A stretch of DNA of 64,000 bases from an uncultured Gemmatimonadales bacterium. Lineage in GTDB: Bacteria; Gemmatimonadota; Gemmatimonadetes; Gemmatimonadales; JACORV01. Below, one piece after another: positions 56,168 to 63,467 of the stretch. A program made the translations under genes and the position numbers. Location: the NCBI GenBank assembly GCA_963806755.1, contig CAWDZR010000031.1, forward strand, positions 1,385 through 65,384, in the 5' to 3' direction. Position 1 is the first letter of the stretch; every line of letters begins with the position of its first letter. The notes under the pieces are model-generated. The model was not told the origin of the DNA. It searched no databases and was given only the letters and a program-made list of their open reading frames with translations.

Positions 56168-57613
56168 CTACGGCAGCCGCCAGATGTCGAGCACGCCGCT
56201 GGTCTGGTGGTCGTTGGCGTTGCCCGTGGGCAGCGCGATCCGGCCGTCGGCCACGATCGGGCTGTTCCAGTGGCCGCTGCCGCACGACAGCGTGGTGATC
56301 GCGTGGCCCGCGACCGCGTCGTACACCCGCAGGCCGCCGCCCGGATCGAACACGAACGCCATGCCGTCCACGACGACGGGGCTCGTGCCGCCGTTGCCGC
56401 TCTGCCACGCCGACGCGAGCTGTCCGCCGCTCAGCGTCCACGTCTGCGTGGCGCCGTTGTCGGTGGCGACGAGGTAGGTCGTGCCGCCGCTCCGGAACAC
56501 GGCAGGGGCGGTGAACATCTCGCCGCCCGAGGGCGTGGACACGACCTGCGTCTCGCCCCCCTGGTGCGGCGCCGTGCCGGCGAACGAGGCCCAGGTGAGC
56601 GTGCGGATGTCGCCGTCCTTGCCGCCCTGGGCGACGAGCCCGCCGCCGAGCAGCACGGGCGAGGTCGAGCCGAGGTCCGCGTCGCTCGCGTCGAGCTGCG
56701 CGGTGTTGGTCGGTGTGTAGTTGCCGGTCATCGTCGTCGCGAGCGAGTCCAGCGAGATGTCGGCGTCGCCCCAGTTCCTGACGCCGTCCCACAGCGCATT
56801 GCCGGTGGCGACGTAGAGCTGGCCGGTCGTCGTGTCGATCACGGCGCCGGCGCGGCCCCAGATGGCCGCGTCGCTCTGCGCGCAGCCCGCCGGCACGAGG
56901 AGCCGCAGCGTGTCGCTGCACAGCGAGTTCCACACGTGCAGCAGCGCGCCGGTCGCTGCGTCGAGGATGGCGACGTGGCCCTGGTAGGGCGGCGCGTCGC
57001 CGATGTAGCCGCCGGTCGTGGCGATGACGCGGCCGTGCCAGTAGTTGAGGGCCGACGCGATCTTCTCGTATGTCGGCAGGTTGGTGATGGGCGTGACCCA
57101 GCCCACCGACCCGTCGGCGACGGCGAGCTTCCGGATCTGCCCGTCGGGCGCCGCGGCGTAGATGTGCGCGCGGTCGGGATCGGCGACGGGGGTCGCGGTG
57201 GTGATCTGCGCCGTGCCGGCGTAGCCCGCGTACCCGCCCGGCGTGTACTCCCACAGCACGGTGCCGCTGTCGGCGTCGATCGCGATGGTCTTGCCGTAGG
57301 TCGTGGTGACGAAGAAGGCGTCGCGCGTCGCGCCCTTCACGGTAACGCCGTGCAGATAGATGGCCGAGGCGTCCACGGTGCCGTCGAGGGTGACCTGCTG
57401 GCGGACGAGCGAGTCCACGTTGGCCGCGGTGATCGCCATGTCCACCGGGGGCGCGCTCGAACGCCCGGCGTCCCAGCCGAAGCGCGTCCAATCGTGCGGG
57501 TTCGCGACGGGCCGCCCGCCGAGGCCGCCGGTGGCCGTCGTGGACCGGCAGCCGGGCTGGGCCGCGGCGAGGAGCGCGCAGAGGGCGAACGGCACGGCCA
57601 ACAGCTTCTTCAT
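56168..57613 (-). CDS. PQQ-like/BamB-like beta-propeller repeat lipoprotein (copy A)
   Basis: ORF 56168..57676. ATG 57613 is preceded by GAGGAGGG. MKKLLAVPFALCALLAAAQPGC carries a lipobox. It is collinear with copy B along the whole length and ends ..GVLDIWRLP. Confidence 0.65.
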   Translation of the reverse strand: MKKLLAVPFALCALLAAAQPGCRSTTATGGLGGRPVANPHDWTRFGWDAGRSSAPPVDMAITAANVDSLVRQQVTLDGTVDASAIYLHGVTVKGATRDAFFVTTTYGKTIAIDADSGTVLWEYTPGGYAGYAGTAQITTATPVADPDRAHIYAAAPDGQIRKLAVADGSVGWVTPITNLPTYEKIASALNYWHGRVIATTGGYIGDAPPYQGHVAILDAATGALLHVWNSLCSDTLRLLVPAGCAQSDAAIWGRAGAVIDTTTGQLYVATGNALWDGVRNWGDADISLDSLATTMTGNYTPTNTAQLDASDADLGSTSPVLLGGGLVAQGGKDGDIRTLTWASFAGTAPHQGGETQVVSTPSGGEMFTAPAVFRSGGTTYLVATDNGATQTWTLSGGQLASAWQSGNGGTSPVVVDGMAFVFDPGGGLRVYDAVAGHAITTLSCGSGHWNSPIVADGRIALPTGNANDHQTSGVLDIWRLP

Positions 57614-57649
57614 GTCGCCCTCCTCATCTTGCGCGGCGCCTGGTGCCGG

Positions 57650-57685
57650 CCACCACCCACGACCCACCACCCGCAACCTACCAAC
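57650..57685. repeat. One-armed C-rich heptamer repeat (CCACSAC)n
   Basis: ccaccac ccacgac ccaccac ccgcaac ctaccaa, in period 7. It lies between the Smr stop (57720) and the copy-A start (57613). No complementary arm is nearby. The unit type matches the right arm of the 40638-40723 element. Confidence 0.6.
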
Positions 57686-57719
57686 GCCCGGTCCACCTGT
57701 CGCACGCTCGGCCGCTCCC

Positions 57720-58034
57720 TCAGCGCAGCCGCACCTTGAAGCCGCCGTCGTCCGCGTCGCGGGCCCAGTCGGCGACGAGCGGCGCGCAGGCCGGGCCCTT
57801 GAGCTCCGCCGCCACGGCGGGCCGCAGCACCGGGCCGTGCGCCGACCCCCTGCCCTTGCCCGTGATGACGTGGAGCACCGAGCCGGGCGCGCGCCTGGCC
57901 TGGGCCGCGACGAACGCGCGCACGGCCGCCCTGGCCTCGGCCGCGCCGGCGCCGTGCAGGTCGAGCGTCGCGCCGGCCCCGTCGAGCAGGTCGTCGCGGC
58001 TGTCGAAGCGCGGCTGGCGGCTGCCCCGGCTCAC
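57720..58034 (-). CDS. Smr-domain protein (small MutS-related nuclease domain)
   Basis: GTG 58034 overlaps the upstream TGA (GTGA). ...ATLDLHGAGAAEARAAVRAFVAAQARRAPGSVLHVITGKGRGS... shows the LDLHG and (T/H)GKG motifs of Smr. Confidence 0.75.
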   Translation of the reverse strand: MSRGSRQPRFDSRDDLLDGAGATLDLHGAGAAEARAAVRAFVAAQARRAPGSVLHVITGKGRGSAHGPVLRPAVAAELKGPACAPLVADWARDADDGGFKVRLR

Positions 58035-59329
58035 GGGACCGCGCTGAAGATCGCGCCGTGGGGCAACGCGGGGCCGAAGTCCCCGTGCGGCCACGAGCGC
58101 CGGGCGAAATCCACGCCGAGGCGCCTGCCGCCCGGGTCGCGGAAGGTCGAGTCCCACGACAGGGCGCCGGCCACCGAGTCGAAGCGCGCGATGAGCACGC
58201 GGTGATCGTTCTCGTCGGAGGTCAGCACGATCCGGTTGGAGTGCGGCTCCCGCGCCATCCAGTGCGGCATGTACGTCGTGTCGGTGGCGAGCGCGCTCAC
58301 CTGTCGCGGGTGGCGGGGGTCCGCGATGTCGAACACGAGGTACTGGTGCGCCTTCCCCACCGGCATGATCCAGAAGTGGCCGAACAGCAGCGGAACGCCG
58401 CACGCGTGGTTGCCCGGCTGCGGCAGCGAGAGGACGTGTTCGATGCGCGGCGCGGCGGTCCGCAGCCCCGACAGCAGGAAGAAGCCGCAGTTCCAGGTGT
58501 TGAGGAACGCGAGGCTGTCGCCCGGAAGGAACCGCACTTCGAAGGGATAGCGCGACGTCGAATCGCCGGGGATGGCCGGCACGACGAGCGTGCGAAGCCG
58601 CGTGAGATCCGAGAGGCGCCACACCTGCACCACGTCGGCGCTGGGCACGTCGTCCATCGGGGAGCTGGTCGTGACGATCCGGTCCGCCGTGGGCGCGACG
58701 TCGAGCGAGTACGTGCGGATCGGGGCGGCCGGGAACGCCGGATCCGCGGAGCTGGCGCTCTTGAGCAGCCGCCCGCGCGGCGAGAAGAGCACCAGCCCGC
58801 CGGGATTGCCTGGCTGCGTGCCGTCGCCGTACTGCACCGTCGCCACCACGTCGCCGTCCGCGAGGCGGGTGAAGCTGTGCGGCTTCACGAACCCGTGGAT
58901 GCTGTCGATCGTGGCGGCGAGCCGCGGCGCGAGCGGGTTCGCGAGGTCGAACAGGAAGGTGCGGCCCGACATGAAGCCGTTCGCGAACAGCCACTCCCCG
59001 TTCGGCGGCAGGGTCATCTCCATGTGGTGCGGCATCGTCCCGACCGCATGGATGGGCACCGTGGCCACCACGAGCGCGTACGTGGGGCTGAGCGTGTCCG
59101 CGTCGATGACGGCGAGGAAGTCGCTGCCCCCGCCCTTCACGTCGTCGCTGCCCGCCCAGGCGAAGATGTAGGACCGCGCGGGCGCCGGCGCGGCCGGATG
59201 GCGTGCGCACCCGAACGCGGTCGCACTCAGCAACGCCGCGGCGATCCCGACCTGCCGCACGGTGGACACGGACACTTGGCTGCTCCCGGTTGAACGGTTG
59301 CGGATCGTCACTGCCGGAGGTCCGAACAT
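58031..59329 (-). CDS. beta-propeller protein, selenium-binding-protein (SBP56)/methanethiol-oxidase-like (tentative), probable lipoprotein
   Basis: 432-aa ORF. ..YIFAWAGSDDVKGGGSDFLAVIDADTLSPTYALVVATVPIHAVGTMPHHME.. resembles the SBP56 N-terminal block (DFLATVDVDP.SP.Y..V......G.ELHH). The in-frame GTG at 59275 would give VSVSTVRQVGIAAALLSATAFGC (lipobox) and may be the real start. Confidence 0.4.
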   Translation of the reverse strand: MFGPPAVTIRNRSTGSSQVSVSTVRQVGIAAALLSATAFGCARHPAAPAPARSYIFAWAGSDDVKGGGSDFLAVIDADTLSPTYALVVATVPIHAVGTMPHHMEMTLPPNGEWLFANGFMSGRTFLFDLANPLAPRLAATIDSIHGFVKPHSFTRLADGDVVATVQYGDGTQPGNPGGLVLFSPRGRLLKSASSADPAFPAAPIRTYSLDVAPTADRIVTTSSPMDDVPSADVVQVWRLSDLTRLRTLVVPAIPGDSTSRYPFEVRFLPGDSLAFLNTWNCGFFLLSGLRTAAPRIEHVLSLPQPGNHACGVPLLFGHFWIMPVGKAHQYLVFDIADPRHPRQVSALATDTTYMPHWMAREPHSNRIVLTSDENDHRVLIARFDSVAGALSWDSTFRDPGGRRLGVDFARRSWPHGDFGPALPHGAIFSAVP

Positions 59330-59485
59330 CTTAGCGCACCGGGCGCCCTTCCGTTACGGTCGGCCGCCGGCCGGGACTCGCCCCGTCGCGCTTGACGGAA
59401 GCGCGTCCGGTTGCGATTCATTCCCGGTCCACCAACCAGTCACACCTTTGTCTCTGGACCTTCCCGCTCGCGGATTGGGGGCTGG

Positions 59486-60484
59486 ATGTCGGGCGCGCTT
59501 TACCACAGTGACGCGGCTCGAGGGCACGACGAGCGCGCGGCCCGCATGGCGGAGGAGATCCGCGAGGGGCTGACGGCCCGGCCGCGCCGCCTGCCCAGCA
59601 AGTACTTCTACGACGACCGCGGCAGCCGCCTGTTCGAGGAGATCACGGCGCTGCCGGAGTACTACCTCACGCGCACCGAAGAGCGGCTCCTGGCCGCCGT
59701 CGCGGCCGAGGTGGTCGCCCGCGTGCGGCCCACCGAGCTGGTCGAGCTGGGCTCGGGAGCGGGCCGCAAGATCCGGCTGCTGCTCGCGGCCCTGGCGCGG
59801 GCCGGCCTGCTCGAGCGGTGCCTGCTGCTGGACATCAACGAGCACGTCGTGGCGGACTCCGCGCGCGCGCTCGCCGCGGACTTCCCGGGCCTCGAGGTGC
59901 GCGGGGTCGTGGGCGACTTCACGGGCGACCTCGACCTGCCGGGCCGGGGCGGCGGCCGCCTCGCCGCCTTCTTCGCGAGCACCATCGGGAACCTCCACCC
60001 CGACGAGGTGCCGCCCTTCCTCTCGCGCGTGGCGGAGCACCTCGCGCCCGGCGACGCCTTCCTCGTGGGCGTGGACCTGGTGAAGGACGTGGCCCGGCTC
60101 GAGGCGGCCTACGATGACGCCGCCGGCGTGACGGCCGAGTTCAACCGCAACATCCTGCGGGTCCTGAACGACCGGCTCGGCGCCGACTTCGATCCCGAGG
60201 CGTTCGAGCACGTGGCCCGCTACGATCGTGACCACGCCTGGATCGAGATGCGCCTCCGGTCCTCGAAGCTGCAGCGCGTGCGCATCCCGGCCGCCCGCCT
60301 CGACCTCGCGTTCGAGGCCGGCGAGGAGATCCGCACCGAGATCAGCTGCAAGTACACCCGCGCGTCGTTCGAGGCGCTCCTGCCCGGGACCGGCCTGGCG
60401 CTCGACCGCTGGTACACGGACCCCGAGAACCTCTTCGCGCTCGCGCTGCTGGGACGGCGCCCGGACGAGGGCCGGAGCCGTTGA
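59486..60484 (+). CDS. egtD: L-histidine N(alpha)-methyltransferase (ergothioneine biosynthesis EgtD)
   Basis: ORF 59411..60484 with ATG at 59486. ..LPSKYFYDDRGSRLFEEITALPEYYLTRTEERLL...ELGSGAGRKIRLLL...STIGNLHPDE...DAAGVTAEFNRNILRVLN.. are classic EgtD blocks. Confidence 0.85.
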   Translation: MSGALYHSDAARGHDERAARMAEEIREGLTARPRRLPSKYFYDDRGSRLFEEITALPEYYLTRTEERLLAAVAAEVVARVRPTELVELGSGAGRKIRLLLAALARAGLLERCLLLDINEHVVADSARALAADFPGLEVRGVVGDFTGDLDLPGRGGGRLAAFFASTIGNLHPDEVPPFLSRVAEHLAPGDAFLVGVDLVKDVARLEAAYDDAAGVTAEFNRNILRVLNDRLGADFDPEAFEHVARYDRDHAWIEMRLRSSKLQRVRIPAARLDLAFEAGEEIRTEISCKYTRASFEALLPGTGLALDRWYTDPENLFALALLGRRPDEGRSR

Positions 60485-61809
60485 GCGGAACCCCCGCCGG
60501 TCTCGCGGAGCGCCTCGAGGCGGCGTGGGAGCGGTCCGACCTGATCCTCGGCCTGCTCACGCGGGAGGCGTGGCTCCAGCGCCCGATCGGCCTCAGGCAG
60601 CCCTTCATCTTCTACGTTGGCCACCTGCCCGCGTTCGCGTGGAACCAGGTGTGGCGCGGCGTGCTGGGGCGGCCGCCGTTCAACGCCGAGTACGACCGCC
60701 TGTTCGAGCGCGGCATCGATCCCGTGGGCGACGACTTCCGGCCGGTCGGCGTCGCGTGGCCGTCGGAGCGCGACGTGCTCGCCTACCGGGACCGCGTGCG
60801 CGAGGCGCTGCGCGGGAGCTTCGACGACGTCCGCGCCCTCGAGGGCAGGGACCCGCTGGCCGACCGCGGCCGCATCTGGCAGATCGCGATCGAGCACGAG
60901 CTGATGCACCACGAGACGCTGCTCTACATGGTCGCGCAGCTCGATGGGCAGTACAAGCAGAGGCCGGCGTGGCTGCCCTCGTTCGCGACCGGCGGCGCGG
61001 CGGCGCCGGGCCGGGTGGGCGTGCCCGGGGGCCGCGTCACGCTGGGCGCGTCGTTCGACGCGCTCCCCTTCGGCTGGGACAACGAGTTCCCGGAGCAGGC
61101 GCTCGAGGTGGCGCCGTTCGCCATCGACGCGACGCCCGTGCGCAACCGCGAGTTCCTGGAATTCCTGGCGGCTGACGGCTACGACCGGCGCGACGCCTGG
61201 ACGGCGGAGGGCTGGGCGTGGAAGGAGCGCGCCGGCGTGCAGCATCCCAACAACTGGGAGCCGGACGGCGGCGGCTGGCTGGTGCGCACGCTCTTTGGCG
61301 CCGTGCCGCTGGCCGACGCCGCCGACTGGCCGGTGCAGGTGAGCTGGGCCGAAGCGCACGCGTACGCCCGGTGGAAGGGTCTCGACCTGCCGACCGAGGC
61401 GGAGTTCCACCGCGCGGCGTTCGGCGCGCCGGACGGAACGGTGCGCGCGCATCCGTGGGGTGACGGCGACCCCTGCCCCGCGCACGGCAGCTTCGACTTC
61501 CGCGACTGGGCGCCGACGCCGGCGGGCTCGCATCCGCAGGGCGCGAGCGCGTGGGGCGTGCACGAGCTGGTCGGCAACGGGTGGGAGTGGACGTCGAGCG
61601 TGTTCGCGCCGTATCCCGGCTTCACGGCCTGGGCGCGCACCTATCCCGGCTATTCGGCCGACTTCTTCGACGGCACCCACTACGCGATGCTCGGCGCGTC
61701 GTGGGCCACCGGCGCGGCGCTGGTGCGGCGCAGCTTCCGCAACTGGTTCCAGCCGCACTATCCGTACGTCTTCGCCAAGTTCCGCTGCGTCGCGAGGGAA
61801 GCGCGATGA
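60481..61809 (+). CDS. egtB: EgtB-type sulfoxide synthase (DinB_2 + FGE-sulfatase domains)
   Basis: 442 aa with a TTG start overlapping the egtD stop (TTGA). FIFYVGHLPAF...EHELMHHETLLYM is the DinB-like iron site. ...WSWAEAHAYARWKGLDLPTEAEF...VGNGWEWTSS...RSFRNWF is the FGE-like domain. Confidence 0.85.
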   Translation: MSGTPAGLAERLEAAWERSDLILGLLTREAWLQRPIGLRQPFIFYVGHLPAFAWNQVWRGVLGRPPFNAEYDRLFERGIDPVGDDFRPVGVAWPSERDVLAYRDRVREALRGSFDDVRALEGRDPLADRGRIWQIAIEHELMHHETLLYMVAQLDGQYKQRPAWLPSFATGGAAAPGRVGVPGGRVTLGASFDALPFGWDNEFPEQALEVAPFAIDATPVRNREFLEFLAADGYDRRDAWTAEGWAWKERAGVQHPNNWEPDGGGWLVRTLFGAVPLADAADWPVQVSWAEAHAYARWKGLDLPTEAEFHRAAFGAPDGTVRAHPWGDGDPCPAHGSFDFRDWAPTPAGSHPQGASAWGVHELVGNGWEWTSSVFAPYPGFTAWARTYPGYSADFFDGTHYAMLGASWATGAALVRRSFRNWFQPHYPYVFAKFRCVAREAR

Positions 61810-63467
61810 TCAAGCCCGTCATCATGACGGTGGACGACGAGATGGAGGTCGTGAATGCCGTCGAGCGCGACCTCCGGAAGAAGTACGCCGCCGACTACCG
61901 CATCGTGAAGGCGACGTCGGGCGCGCAGGCGCTCGACGCGGTGCGGCAGCTCAAGCAGCGCAACGCGCCCATCGCGCTGTTCCTCGTGGACGCGCGCATG
62001 CCGCAGATGAGCGGCACCGAGTTCCTGGTCCTTGCGCGCGAGATCTATCCGGGCGCCCGCAAGGTGCTGCTCACGGCGTACGCCGACACCGACGTGGCGA
62101 TCGCGGGCATCAACCAGGTCCAGCTCGACCACTACCTCATGAAGCCGTGGGACCCGCCGGCCGAGCGGCTCTACCCGGTCCTCGACGATCTGCTGAGCGA
62201 TTGGGCGGCGTCGTTCCGGCCGCCGTTCGATGGGCTGCGCGTGGCGGGCTCGCCGTGGTCGCCGAAGAGCCACGAGGTGAAGGACTTCCTGTCGCGGAAC
62301 CTCACGCCTTACCAGTGGATCGACGTCGAGCAGGACGCGGCGGTGCGCGCCGAGGCGGAAGCCGCGAGCCCGGGCCTCGTGAAGCTGCCGGTGGTGTTCT
62401 TCCCCGACGGCACCACCCTGCTCGAGCCCAGCGGCCGCGCCCTGGCCGAGAAGCTCGGCCTCCAGACCAAAGCGACCAAGCCGTTCTACGACCTCGTGAT
62501 CGTGGGCGGCGGGCCGACGGGCCTCGCGGCCGCGGTGTACGCCGGCTCGGAGGGCCTGAGGACGGTGATCATCGAGGCGGAGACCACCGGCGGGCAGGCG
62601 GGCACGAGCGCCGCGATCGAGAACTACCTCGGCTTCCCGAGCGGCGTGTCGGGCGCGGACCTGGCGCGGCGGGCCACGGCGCAGGCCAAGCGCTTCGGCG
62701 CGGAGGTGCTGACGGCGCGCGAGGTGACAGGCATCCGCGTCGCGGCCCCCTACCGCATGGCGACGCTCGACGACGGCAGCGAGCTGGCGTGCTACGCGCT
62801 GCTGCTCTCCTGCGGCATGCGGGTGCGGCGCCTCGAGGTGCCGGGCGTCGAGCAGCTGACCGGCGCGGGCGTCTTCTACGGCGCGGCGCTCACGGAGGCG
62901 GCGGCCTGCCGCGGCAAGGACGTGCTGATCGTGGGCGGCGCGAACTCGGCGGGCCAGGCCACGCTGAGCTTCGCGCGCTACGCCCGCAAGGTCACGATGC
63001 TCGTGCGCGGCCCTTCGCTCGCCGAGAGCATGTCCGCGTACCTGGTGGACCGCATCAAGGACACACCCAACATCGAGGTGCTGACGGGGGCGCAGGTCGC
63101 CGCGGTGCACGGCGAGAGCCGGCTGGAGGGCGCCGACGTGGCGGTGGGCAAGGCGGGCGACGTCCGTCGCATCGAGGCGGTGGCGATGTTCATCTTCATC
63201 GGCTCCACCCCCCGGTCCGACATGGCGGCGGGCCTGGTGGAGCGCGACCCCGGCGGCTTCATCCTCACCGGGCCGGACCTCAGGACCGACGGCAAGCTGC
63301 CCAGGACCTGGCCGCTGGAGCGCGATCCGTTCCTGCTCGAGACCAGCGTGCCCGGCATCTTCGCCGCGGGCGACGTGCGCCACGGCTCGAGCAAGCGCGT
63401 GGCGAGCGCCGTGGGCGAGGGCTCCTCGGCCGTCGGCATGGTGCACAAATACCTGGAGACGGTATGA
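61806..63467 (+). CDS. response-regulator receiver domain fused to Grx/Trx-like linker domain and thioredoxin-reductase-like flavoprotein
   Basis: ATG 61806 overlaps the egtB stop (ATGA). The REC domain is IMTVDDEMEVV...FLVDARMPQMSGTEFL...KVLLTAYAD. The TrxR-like part has DLVIVGGGPTGLAAAVYA, GGQAGTSAAIENYLGFP, VLIVGGANSAGQA and GIFAAGDVRHGS. The canonical CxxC of TrxR is not visible (..VFYGAALTEAAACRGKD..). Confidence 0.85.
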   Translation: MIKPVIMTVDDEMEVVNAVERDLRKKYAADYRIVKATSGAQALDAVRQLKQRNAPIALFLVDARMPQMSGTEFLVLAREIYPGARKVLLTAYADTDVAIAGINQVQLDHYLMKPWDPPAERLYPVLDDLLSDWAASFRPPFDGLRVAGSPWSPKSHEVKDFLSRNLTPYQWIDVEQDAAVRAEAEAASPGLVKLPVVFFPDGTTLLEPSGRALAEKLGLQTKATKPFYDLVIVGGGPTGLAAAVYAGSEGLRTVIIEAETTGGQAGTSAAIENYLGFPSGVSGADLARRATAQAKRFGAEVLTAREVTGIRVAAPYRMATLDDGSELACYALLLSCGMRVRRLEVPGVEQLTGAGVFYGAALTEAAACRGKDVLIVGGANSAGQATLSFARYARKVTMLVRGPSLAESMSAYLVDRIKDTPNIEVLTGAQVAAVHGESRLEGADVAVGKAGDVRRIEAVAMFIFIGSTPRSDMAAGLVERDPGGFILTGPDLRTDGKLPRTWPLERDPFLLETSVPGIFAAGDVRHGSSKRVASAVGEGSSAVGMVHKYLETV

